Assembly (NCBI GenBank): GCA_913020155.1
Contig: CAJWBA010000006.1
Location: 5,015 to 69,014, forward strand
DNA from: an uncultured Flavobacteriales bacterium
GTDB lineage: Bacteria; Bacteroidota; Bacteroidia; Flavobacteriales; Flavobacteriaceae
DNA: 64,000 nucleotides
Direction of reading: 5' to 3'
Part shown: one piece after another, positions 21,146 through 30,149 of the stretch
How positions within the stretch are numbered: position 1 is the first letter of the stretch
Layout of the letters: each line of letters starts with the position of its first letter
Translations under genes and position numbers: made by a program
Notes under the pieces: generated by a model
Told to the model about the DNA's origin: nothing
The model's input: only the letters and a program-made list of their open reading frames with translations
The model's database searches: none

Positions 21146-21849
21146 ATGATTTCATCAGATTCTAGTAAAGGTTCATTTTTGAATTGTAGAATAACTAGTG
21201 CAATTGTTACTATATCTTTTTCACAATAAGTCAGAATTCGAGCAATGTTTTTATCTACATAAAATACATGAGCAACTTCGCTTTCGTCAATATCATCTTT
21301 TGGCGATGGAATTCCCAGAACCTCTGCTAAAAGTTTTAGGGAGGTGTAGTGTTTAAAGTCACCAAAACACCATAAATGCATGGTGTCAATATGAGGAATT
21401 TCCCAAGGTTTTTTCCCAAAAAGATTTAAACTTTTTAGCGAATCAATGCTTTGAATAATCATACGTCTTGCGATAAATGGAAAATCAAATTCTTTCCCGT
21501 TATGAGAGCATAGAACGTGATTTCGAAGACTAAAATGAATATCTAACAACGCTTTAAAATCAAGAGGCAATTGCTTTTCCTCTCCAAAAAAAGTTTTAAT
21601 TCTAAAGTTTCGAAGATCTTTTTCAATTATAAAATACCCAACTGAAATACAAACTATTTTTCCAAATTCTGCCCATATTCCAGCTTTTCTGTTGAAGGTT
21701 TCTGGAGTTTCTTCCTCTTTCCTTTGGTAGGCAGATTTTTGAGGACAAAGTTCTTTTCGATAATTGCTAAGTTGATCAAAATTTTCTTTCTCTGGAACGG
21801 TTTCAATGTCTAAAAACAACACCTTTGTTAAATCAACTTTTTGCAGCAT
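21133..21849 (-). CDS. PolB-like 3'-5' exonuclease family protein
   Basis: LFLDIETVP, HNGKEFDFPF and YCEKD (DEDDy exonuclease motifs). Start trimmed to MLQKVD. Confidence 0.87.
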   Translation of the reverse strand: MLQKVDLTKVLFLDIETVPEKENFDQLSNYRKELCPQKSAYQRKEEETPETFNRKAGIWAEFGKIVCISVGYFIIEKDLRNFRIKTFFGEEKQLPLDFKALLDIHFSLRNHVLCSHNGKEFDFPFIARRMIIQSIDSLKSLNLFGKKPWEIPHIDTMHLWCFGDFKHYTSLKLLAEVLGIPSPKDDIDESEVAHVFYVDKNIARILTYCEKDIVTIALVILQFKNEPLLESDEIIWLN

Positions 21850-22987
21850 TTTCAAGCATTTTGTAGGCTTCTTCAATGTATAGGTGGAATACCTCAGGGA
21901 AATCAGTTTCATTCAATTTTCCAGTAAGGTGACCCAAGCGAACTACAATCATATCGTCTTCTGGAATTACAATCACGTACTGCCCCAGATGACCCCGCAT
22001 AGCAAAAAGAGATTTTTCATTAATTTCAGAAAGCCACCACCCGTATCCATATTCAGGACTTTTTTCAAATCGGGGGCGAACACTTAAAGCTACAAAGGAG
22101 GAATCAATTAGTTTTTCCCCATTCCATTTTCCATGATCCTTGTAAAGTTTGCCGAATCTTGCAAAGTCTTTTGCATTTGAAGCAAAACAACAAAATCCTT
22201 TTTCCATTCCATTTTTTTTGCTGTCAATTTGCCAAAGTGCATTTCCTTTTGCACCCATTGGCTTCCAAAAGTTTTCCGAAAAATAATCACTTAGATTTGA
22301 TCCTACCGCTTTTTGGATAACCATACCTAGTAACTGTGTGTTTCCACTCAGATACGAATATTCTTGACCTGGTGTTCCTGTTATTTTTCTGTTTCGCAGA
22401 AGACTTTGCAGATCATCTGTAAAATAGGACTGGGTTGTGATGTTCAAGGGATTGTAATATTCTTCAACCCAGTCTAAACCCGAAGCCATACTTGCGAGGT
22501 CTCCCACAGTCAAATCAGCTGCATTACCTTCATTAAATTCTTCAAAAAAATCACCTACTTTTTGATCGATACTTTTAATTTTTCCATCTTCAATTGCTTT
22601 CCCTAGCATACCAGTCACCATGCTTTTGGCCATGGAAAAAGAATTACTTTTAGAGGTATCTGAATATCCGTCATAATACTTTTCATGGAAAATACTATCA
22701 TTTTTGATTATGAGATACGCTACAGTTTTATACTCTTCATGTGCTTTTATCAATCGATCTGTGGGCTCAACAGCATTGTATTTTTCATGAATATCCCACT
22801 GTTGGGGCTGATCGGAAGCCTCTACAGTACGATTATCAAAAACTTCATAGTCATGCAAAAAAGCTGTTGTATGACCTGTCCCGTAAATTTTTATTAATCC
22901 TGGAATTACATAGTTGTATGAACTAATGTAAAGCACTGCGTACAATACAACTAGAACAAAAAAAATAATTTTCAATACTTTTTTCAT
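21833..22987 (-). CDS. Serine hydrolase (beta-lactamase class C-like family)
   Basis: SFSMAKS (SxxK), YSYLSG, AMRGHLGQ; N-terminal TM anchor begins at MKKVLKII (ATG 22987). Confidence 0.88.
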   Translation of the reverse strand: MKKVLKIIFFVLVVLYAVLYISSYNYVIPGLIKIYGTGHTTAFLHDYEVFDNRTVEASDQPQQWDIHEKYNAVEPTDRLIKAHEEYKTVAYLIIKNDSIFHEKYYDGYSDTSKSNSFSMAKSMVTGMLGKAIEDGKIKSIDQKVGDFFEEFNEGNAADLTVGDLASMASGLDWVEEYYNPLNITTQSYFTDDLQSLLRNRKITGTPGQEYSYLSGNTQLLGMVIQKAVGSNLSDYFSENFWKPMGAKGNALWQIDSKKNGMEKGFCCFASNAKDFARFGKLYKDHGKWNGEKLIDSSFVALSVRPRFEKSPEYGYGWWLSEINEKSLFAMRGHLGQYVIVIPEDDMIVVRLGHLTGKLNETDFPEVFHLYIEEAYKMLENAAKS

Positions 22988-23024
22988 AAGCACAAAATTT
23001 AGTAAATTAAAAATGAGATGATTA

Positions 23025-23458
23025 CTAAAAATCAAACTCTTTTTGAACCCCAAAGCCCTTCTTTTGGAGTAGCCATTTTTTCCAATAACTCGATGACAAG
23101 GGATTGCAACTAAGATAGGGTTTTTTCCAATAGCCGCCCCAACAGCTCTTACCGCCTTGGTATTTCCGTAAATTTCGGAAACTTTAAGATATGATATTTT
23201 TTCCCCGTAAGGAATTATCTTAAAGATGTCCCATGCCCTAAGTTGAAATTCGGTTCCTTTTGGATTCATCAAAAATGTAAAGTGAGTTTGACTTTTTTCA
23301 ATTTACTCCTTTATTTCATTTACACTTTTCTCAAGCAAACTTGGAATTGTAGTTATTTCAAAGATTTCATCAGGAAAAACTTTAATGGACTGAACACCCT
23401 CAAAATCTCCGATAATCTCGATGGTGCCTAACGAACTTTTAAATTTTGCAAATTCCAT
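23025..23458 (-). pseudogene. ogt: O6-methylguanine-DNA methyltransferase pseudogene
   Basis: MEFAKFKSSLGTIEI..IKE* (TAA 23303-23305), then GTEFQ..IPYG..AVRAVGAAIGKNPI..PCHRVIG, then a frameshifting deletion into KKWLLQKKG..F* (TAG 23025). Confidence 0.85.
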
Positions 23459-23664
23459 GAGATCTTATTAAAAGTGATTCGAGAATCATAAAGTTAAATA
23501 AACAAAAATTTTAAAACCCACAGAATCTGGCATTTAGTTTTGCTTAAATAAATATTCAAAAAGATTTTCAATTTGAATTACTAATGTTTTATTGAAAATA
23601 GGATACTTACCATGTTTATTTTAATATTGTTTCTTTAAGACAAAATACAACTATTTTGATTTCA

Positions 23665-23672
23665 TATATTTG
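23665..23672 (+). promoter_or_regulatory. -7 element (TATATTTG) of the hydroxyproline operon
   Basis: Exact TAnnTTTG match 14 nt before ATG 23687. Confidence 0.6.
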
Positions 23673-23686
23673 AATCATAAAATTAA

Positions 23687-24613
23687 ATGGAAATGATAAA
23701 TTTTAACTGGGAAGGAGTTATGCCCGCCATAACTACTCAATTTGACGCTTCAGAAAATTTAAACCTCAAAGCCTTTGAGATCAATCTCAAGGCGCAAATT
23801 GATGCAGGTGTTCATGGAATTATTTTAGGAGGAACACTCGGTGAGGCAAGCACGCTTTCAGCAGACGAGAAACTCCAATTACTCAAAAAATCTCAAGAAA
23901 TTATTTCAAGGCAAATCCCAATAATCATCAACATCGCAGAACAATCTACTCAAGATGCAATTACAGTTGCACAGGCTGCTGAGGCAAATGGAGCAGATGG
24001 TTTAATGTTATTACCGCCAATGCGCTACAAAGCAACAGACAGTGAGACTGTTCAATATTTTGCATCAATTGCACAAGCGACTAAGCTTCCAATAATGATT
24101 TACAACAACCCGGTGGATTACAAAATTGAAGTCACCTTGGATATGTTTGATCAACTGCAACAATTCAGTAATATTCAAGCTGTAAAAGAGTCTACTCGAG
24201 ACATATCAAATGTTACACGAATGATTAATCGTTTTGGATCTAGATATAAAATTCTCTGCGGCGTGGATACACTTGCAATGGAAAGTTTAGTGATGGGTGC
24301 AAATGGGTGGGTAGCTGGTTTGGTGGATGCATTTCCCAAAGAAACGACTGCAGTATTTGCTTACACCAAGGCAAAAAAAATTGATGAGGCGTTGGCAATT
24401 TACCGATGGTTTTTACCACTTCTAGAGTTGGATATATCTCCTCAATTGGTTCAGAACATCAAGCAATGTGAAGTTGCAACGGGGATAGGGACAGGCCATG
24501 TTCGAAAACCTCGGATTGAACTCAAAGGGAGTGAACGGATTCGAGTTCAGAAGATCATCGATGTTTCGCTGGCTACTCGTCCAGATTTAGGAAATTATAA
24601 AATGTTTTTATGA
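23687..24613 (+). CDS. Dihydrodipicolinate-synthase family protein, probable 1-pyrroline-4-hydroxy-2-carboxylate deaminase
   Basis: GGTLGEAS, MIYNNPVDY, AVKESTRD (Schiff-base Lys); operon context with Hyp epimerase. Confidence 0.85.
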   Translation: MEMINFNWEGVMPAITTQFDASENLNLKAFEINLKAQIDAGVHGIILGGTLGEASTLSADEKLQLLKKSQEIISRQIPIIINIAEQSTQDAITVAQAAEANGADGLMLLPPMRYKATDSETVQYFASIAQATKLPIMIYNNPVDYKIEVTLDMFDQLQQFSNIQAVKESTRDISNVTRMINRFGSRYKILCGVDTLAMESLVMGANGWVAGLVDAFPKETTAVFAYTKAKKIDEALAIYRWFLPLLELDISPQLVQNIKQCEVATGIGTGHVRKPRIELKGSERIRVQKIIDVSLATRPDLGNYKMFL

Positions 24614-26151
24614 TCAGAGGGAAAAATCTAGTCAATGGAAAAGAAGTAGATTGTTTAAAACCGACTACCTACAAAACTTTTAATGCAAAGGATAAAACAG
24701 CGCTTTCAAACATTTATGAAAATGCATCTATTGAAATTGCAAAAGAAGCTTGTGAACTTGCAGATCATGTATTTGATAAATACTCCAATACTTCAGCAGC
24801 TACAAGAGCTACTTTTTTAGCTCAAATTAAAATTGAATTAGAACAAGACAAAGAGTTGATTTTAAAACAATATCAACTGGAATCGGGTTACCCCAATGGA
24901 AGAGCTGAGGGAGAGTTTTCACGAACATTGGCTCAAATTCAATGCTTTGTAGACTTATTGAACGAGGGGTCTTATATTAACGCCATCATGGATGTTGGGA
25001 TTGAAGGGACTCCTGATTTGAGAAAAATGTCATATCCTATCGGTTCCATAGTTGTTTTTGGAGCGAGTAATTTTCCATTGGCATTCTCAACAGCGGGTGG
25101 AGACACAATTTCTGCACTTGCAGCAGGTTGCCCAGTCATTCTCAAGGGGCATCCCTACCACGCAGGAACTAGCGAGCTAGTAGCTCGATCGATAATACAC
25201 GCACTTGACAAGTGTAATTTACCCCAAGGAATTTTTTCGCATTTGCATGGAGAAAAAATTGAAGTAGGATCTACTTTAGTTGATCATCCCAAAGTTAAAG
25301 GAGTAGGTTTTACAGGCAGCTTCAAAGCTGGGAAAGCACTTTACGATATTGCTCAAAAAAGAAAACAACCCATTCCTTTTTTTGCTGAAATGGGGAGCGT
25401 AAATCCCGTACTCATTTTACCAGAGCGCTTAATATCTGATTCAGAAATACCAGCTCAAATATCAAATTCTATTCAGTTGGGGACTGGACAATTTTGTACC
25501 AACCCCGGTCTGATTTTAGTATGTGGAACCGAGCCAGATTCTTTTGTTGATCAATTGGTACAGAATTTTGGAGAAGCAAACAACATGGTTCATCCAAAGA
25601 TTAGTGACAATTATCAAAAGCAAATTCAAGAATTAGAAAGTAAAGGAGTTTTACTTCATAGAAAATCACTAGAAGATAATAGTCCAGTTGCAGGATTAAT
25701 TTCCGCGGAAAGCGTTTTGGAAAAACCAGAACTTTTAGAAGAAGTTTTTGGTCCTTTCAGTTTGGTTGTACACAGTGCTAGTACAGCAGTAATTTCTCAA
25801 TTGATAAAGAAACTACCAGGACAGCTAACCGCTACAGTTTTGGGAAGTAAAATGGACTTGGAAAACAACAAAATGTTAATAGGAAACTTACAACAAAAAG
25901 TAGGTCGTATTCTTTTTGATGGAGTACCTACTGGTGTTGCAGTTTGTGCTTCTATGAATCATGGGGGGCCATTTCCAGCATCAACGGATACTCGTTTTAC
26001 TTCTGTAGGAACTTCATCCATTGAACGGTGGTTGAGACCCATTTGTTTTCAAGACTGCCCAGCTGACTTTTTACCCGAAGCATTGAAAGATGATAATCCA
26101 CTTCAAATTTCTCGCACTTTGAACAATAAAATCACAAAAGCTGTCGTATGA
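24610..26151 (+). CDS. Aldehyde dehydrogenase (NADP+), probable 2,5-dioxovalerate (alpha-ketoglutaric semialdehyde) dehydrogenase
   Basis: VFGASNFPLAFSTAGGDT, GFTGS, AEMGSVNP, GQFCTNPG, HGGPFPASTD..TSVG. Confidence 0.88.
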   Translation: MIRGKNLVNGKEVDCLKPTTYKTFNAKDKTALSNIYENASIEIAKEACELADHVFDKYSNTSAATRATFLAQIKIELEQDKELILKQYQLESGYPNGRAEGEFSRTLAQIQCFVDLLNEGSYINAIMDVGIEGTPDLRKMSYPIGSIVVFGASNFPLAFSTAGGDTISALAAGCPVILKGHPYHAGTSELVARSIIHALDKCNLPQGIFSHLHGEKIEVGSTLVDHPKVKGVGFTGSFKAGKALYDIAQKRKQPIPFFAEMGSVNPVLILPERLISDSEIPAQISNSIQLGTGQFCTNPGLILVCGTEPDSFVDQLVQNFGEANNMVHPKISDNYQKQIQELESKGVLLHRKSLEDNSPVAGLISAESVLEKPELLEEVFGPFSLVVHSASTAVISQLIKKLPGQLTATVLGSKMDLENNKMLIGNLQQKVGRILFDGVPTGVAVCASMNHGGPFPASTDTRFTSVGTSSIERWLRPICFQDCPADFLPEALKDDNPLQISRTLNNKITKAVV

Positions 26152-27866
26152 AAATCGCTCTAAAATATGTTCTGATTTTTGTTTTTGCCTTAAGATGTTC
26201 ATCTCCTTTTGACGATTCAAAATCACTTCAAGACCTCATAAACCAATACGAAAACTATGAGTCTTATGACTCAGACACTTTCCCTCTTGGTGATCACTCC
26301 GAAGAACGTCATCAAGCAGATTATGATTTTCATAAATCACTACTCGAAAAGATAGAAAAAATTCCCATTGAAAATTTATCAGCAAATGATCTTGTATCTT
26401 TTGAACTTTTAAAATTCTTGTTGAACGATCATTTAGCAAATTTTGAATTTAAAACTCATTTGAACCCTCTTTTGTCTGATGCAGGATTTCACAATAATTT
26501 GTTTTATAGTGTACGACCTCTAACAACAAAAAAACAAGCTATCGATTATCTCGAAATGCTAGAAGCAATTCCCTTGTATGTCGATCAAAATTTAAATTTG
26601 CTGAGAAAAGGAATTGAAGAAGGAGTGTCTCAACCCTTAGTAATTTTTAAGGGTTATGAGATTAGTTACAACAGACATATTACAGATTCTTTTGTTGATA
26701 ATTTTTATTTTTCACCCTTTAATGAATTACCCGGGCAATTATCAGTTACGGAAAGGGATTCTATTTTAACTGCTGCTCAAAATTCAGTTCAAAAAAAGGT
26801 TATTCCTTCATTTAAAAAAATTAAGATTTTTTTTGAAACAGAGTATTATCCGCAAACACGTAAATCCATAGGCGTAAATCAAACACCAAATGGAGCCTCT
26901 TTTTACAACAATCGAATTGCTTACTACACCACTTTAGAAATGACTTCCAATGAGATTCATCAATTGGGATTGAGAGAGGTAAAAAAAATAAAAGAAGCAA
27001 TGGAATCGATAATTGGTGAGGTTGGTTTTGAAGGAAGTTTTGAAGATTTTTTCACATTTTTAAGAACAGACCAACAGTTCTATGCTAAAACTGCAGATGA
27101 ACTTTTGATGCGTGCTCGTGATATTTCAAAACGACTCGATGAACAATTACCAAAATTCTTTAAGACGCTACCCAGAACTCCCTATGGAGTCGCTGCAGTG
27201 CCAGATGCAATTGCTCCCAAGTACACCGGTGGGCGTTACATTCCTACACAACCAGAGAGTACAAATCCCGGATACTATTGGGTTAATACATACAATTTAC
27301 CAAGTCGACCTCTTTACGTTCTTCCTGCATTAACAGCTCACGAAGCCGTTCCCGGTCATCATTTACAAATGGCTTTAAATTCAGAGCTCCGAGATGACAT
27401 ACCAGAATTTAGAAAGTCCTTATATTTATCAGCCTATGGTGAGGGTTGGGGATTGTATACCGAATCCCTGGCAGGGGAAATGGGAATTTACACAACTCCA
27501 TATGAACGTTTTGGTCAGTTGACTTATTCGATGTGGCGAGCATCTCGTTTGGTTGTTGACACTGGAATTCATGCTTTTGGATGGACCAAAGAACAAGCGA
27601 TTGATTTTATGGCAGCAAATACAGCGCTTTCATTTCATGAAATAAACACTGAAGTTGATCGCTACATTTCTTGGCCTGGACAAGCATTGGCTTACAAAGT
27701 GGGGGAATTGAAGATTTCAGAACTCAGAAAGAAAACAGAGCAAGCCCTCAAAGAAGATTTTGATATTCGAGAATTTCATAATATTATTTTGCAAAAAGGA
27801 ACACTTACCCTCCCACTTATGGAACAAGAAATAGACACCTACATAAATCAAAAAATAAATGAGTAA
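26148..27866 (+). CDS. DUF885-family protein (putative secreted/lipoprotein zinc metallopeptidase)
   Basis: HEAVPGHHLQ, YGEGWGLYTE, RLVVDTGIH, EVDRYISWPGQALAYKVG; signal peptide with Cys17. Confidence 0.88.
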   Translation: MKIALKYVLIFVFALRCSSPFDDSKSLQDLINQYENYESYDSDTFPLGDHSEERHQADYDFHKSLLEKIEKIPIENLSANDLVSFELLKFLLNDHLANFEFKTHLNPLLSDAGFHNNLFYSVRPLTTKKQAIDYLEMLEAIPLYVDQNLNLLRKGIEEGVSQPLVIFKGYEISYNRHITDSFVDNFYFSPFNELPGQLSVTERDSILTAAQNSVQKKVIPSFKKIKIFFETEYYPQTRKSIGVNQTPNGASFYNNRIAYYTTLEMTSNEIHQLGLREVKKIKEAMESIIGEVGFEGSFEDFFTFLRTDQQFYAKTADELLMRARDISKRLDEQLPKFFKTLPRTPYGVAAVPDAIAPKYTGGRYIPTQPESTNPGYYWVNTYNLPSRPLYVLPALTAHEAVPGHHLQMALNSELRDDIPEFRKSLYLSAYGEGWGLYTESLAGEMGIYTTPYERFGQLTYSMWRASRLVVDTGIHAFGWTKEQAIDFMAANTALSFHEINTEVDRYISWPGQALAYKVGELKISELRKKTEQALKEDFDIREFHNIILQKGTLTLPLMEQEIDTYINQKINE

Positions 27867-28863
27867 AGTCACCCATTTTACTTGTATCGATGGCAATACA
27901 GCAGGTAATCCAGTTCGGATAGTTACCGATCCCATTCTGAAGTTGAGGGGGAATACAATGATGGAAAAAAGGCTTCATTTTTTAAAGGAATTTGATTGGA
28001 TTCGTAAAGGCCTTATGTTCGAACCTAGGGGACACGATATGATGAGTGGAAGCTTTTTCTTTGACCCAATAAATGTTTCAAACGACGTTTCGATATTATT
28101 TATTGAAACCAGTGGTTGTTTGCCCATGTGCGGTCATGGATTAATTGGAGCCATAACCATTTTGATCGAAGAGAATTTGATTTCTCCTAAAGTAAGAGGT
28201 ACAATTCGTGTTGAAACACCAGCAGGACTGATTGTTGCAGATTACAAACAAGAGGGTGAAAAGGTAACAGCTGTAAAGTTTACAAATATTGACTCATTCT
28301 TACATGCAACTGATCTGGAGATCGAGCATCCTGATCTTGGAAAATTAAAAGTGGATGTTGCTTACGGCGGCAATTTTTATGCCATCGTTGATCCGCAAGA
28401 AAATTTTAAAGGTGTTGAGAATTACACAGCTATAAATTTAATTAGTTACAGTAAAACCTTACGGGATTTGGTAAACGAATTGCAGGATTTTATTCATCCA
28501 GAAGATTCCAATATTTATGGATGTAGTCATGTTTTGTGGGCTGGAGAAACTCTAGATTCAAGCTCAACAGCCAGAAATGCGGTTTTTTATGGAGACAAGG
28601 CCATAGACCGATCCCCATGTGGTACAGGGACCTCTGCCCGAATGGCACAATGGTTTGCAAAAGAAAAACTACAGGTTGGTTCAACCTTTATTCATGAAAG
28701 CTTCATTGGCTCAAAGTTCAGGGGAAAAGTAGAAAAAGAAACAAGTATAGGAAACCTAAAAGCAATTCTTCCCAGTATCGAGGGAAGTGCAAGAATTACG
28801 GGGTACAATACCATAATTATCGATTGGGATGATCCCTATGCAGAGGGATTTCAAGTTATTTAA
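27859..28863 (+). CDS. 4-hydroxyproline 2-epimerase (proline racemase family)
   Basis: EPRGHDMMSG, catalytic LPMCGHG and DRSPCGTGTSAR (Cys/Cys pair), DVAYGGNFY. Confidence 0.92.
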   Translation: MSKVTHFTCIDGNTAGNPVRIVTDPILKLRGNTMMEKRLHFLKEFDWIRKGLMFEPRGHDMMSGSFFFDPINVSNDVSILFIETSGCLPMCGHGLIGAITILIEENLISPKVRGTIRVETPAGLIVADYKQEGEKVTAVKFTNIDSFLHATDLEIEHPDLGKLKVDVAYGGNFYAIVDPQENFKGVENYTAINLISYSKTLRDLVNELQDFIHPEDSNIYGCSHVLWAGETLDSSSTARNAVFYGDKAIDRSPCGTGTSARMAQWFAKEKLQVGSTFIHESFIGSKFRGKVEKETSIGNLKAILPSIEGSARITGYNTIIIDWDDPYAEGFQVI

Positions 28864-28869
28864 ATTAGT

Positions 28870-30120
28870 ATGAAAAAGAGCGTAATTGTAATCGGTGGAG
28901 GGATTGTAGGTTTGTCCACCGCTTTTTATTTAAGAGCAGAAGGTCATGAAGTAATTTTATTGGACAAAGGAACCATAACCGAGGGAGCTTCATTTGTAAA
29001 TGCAGGATATTTAACTCCCAGTCATATTGTCCCTCTTGCTGCTCCAGGAATGATTTCTAAAGGGTTGAAATGGATGTTAAATTCCTCAAGCCCTTTTTAC
29101 ATCAAGCCTCGATTAGATGCCGACCTTATTTCGTGGGGATGGAAATTTATGCGTTCATGTTCCAAAAAACATGTTCAGCGATCTTTGGCTGCGATTAAGG
29201 AAATAAATGAATTGAGTAAAGGCTTGTATCATGAAATGCATGCGTCTATTGATTTTGATTTCCACCTAGAAGATCGTGGAGTATTAATGGCTTTTAAGAC
29301 TTCTAAAGCAGAAAAAAGCGAATACTCGGTGATGCAAGCTGCTCAAGATTTGGGTTTGGATGTTTCTTTGCTTGGAGTAGAAGAGGTAAATCAATTACAA
29401 CCTGGTGTTCAAATGAATGTTGCAGGGGCTTATCATTATCGTTGCGATGCTCATTCAACTCCCGAAGTCTTCATGAATCAATTGAAGCAAAACACATTTA
29501 AAAATGGAGTTAAGATTCAAACCGAAACCACTGTAAAAAATTTTCAAGTCCAAGGGAATCGTATTTCTACTGTTGTTACAGATCGTGGAAATTTTGAAGC
29601 AGATGAAGTAGTTTTTGCGGCAGGCGCTTGGACAGAAGAACTTTTGAAGCCCCTAAAAATCGCACTCTCTGTTCAAGCAGGGAAAGGATACCGAATCAAT
29701 GTAGAAGCTCCAACTGGAATCACATTGCCTTGCATACTTATGGAGTCTAAGGTTGGAGTCACTCCAATGGAAGGATTTACTCGCTTTGCGGGGACAATGG
29801 AAATAGCAGAAATCAATCACAATATCCGAGAAAATCGCGTCAATGCAATTGCCCATGCTGCAACTCAATATTATTCAGGGTTAAAGATAGATTTGAAAGA
29901 TCGAAAGCAAGCCAAGTGCGGTTTGAGACCTTTGTCTCCAGACGGATTACCCTTTATTGGAAGACATTCTTCTTGTTCGAACTTGGTTTTAGCCACAGGG
30001 CACTCCATGATGGGATGGAGTTTAGGACCAGCCACTGGCAAACTAGTAACAGAGGTAGTTTCCAATAAAAAATTATCTATGCCAATTGATAAGTTTTCTC
30101 CTGAGCGTAAATATGGATAA
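28870..30120 (+). CDS. FAD-dependent D-amino acid dehydrogenase family, probable D-hydroxyproline dehydrogenase
   Basis: GGGIVG, GASFVNAG, GLRPLSPDGLPFIG, ATGHSMMGWSLGPATG; operon context. Confidence 0.85.
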   Translation: MKKSVIVIGGGIVGLSTAFYLRAEGHEVILLDKGTITEGASFVNAGYLTPSHIVPLAAPGMISKGLKWMLNSSSPFYIKPRLDADLISWGWKFMRSCSKKHVQRSLAAIKEINELSKGLYHEMHASIDFDFHLEDRGVLMAFKTSKAEKSEYSVMQAAQDLGLDVSLLGVEEVNQLQPGVQMNVAGAYHYRCDAHSTPEVFMNQLKQNTFKNGVKIQTETTVKNFQVQGNRISTVVTDRGNFEADEVVFAAGAWTEELLKPLKIALSVQAGKGYRINVEAPTGITLPCILMESKVGVTPMEGFTRFAGTMEIAEINHNIRENRVNAIAHAATQYYSGLKIDLKDRKQAKCGLRPLSPDGLPFIGRHSSCSNLVLATGHSMMGWSLGPATGKLVTEVVSNKKLSMPIDKFSPERKYG

Positions 30121-30149
30121 TTATTTATTAGCGATGTCTTAAAGTCAAA

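Noticed and set aside
21833-23272. Novel Ogt-beta-lactamase fusion protein
   Set aside because: Explained by ogt pseudogenisation; the hydrolase has its own ATG and TM anchor at 22987.
23687-24613. dapA (lysine biosynthesis)
   Set aside because: GGTLGE and YNNPVDY motifs plus operon context favour the hydroxyproline-pathway deaminase.
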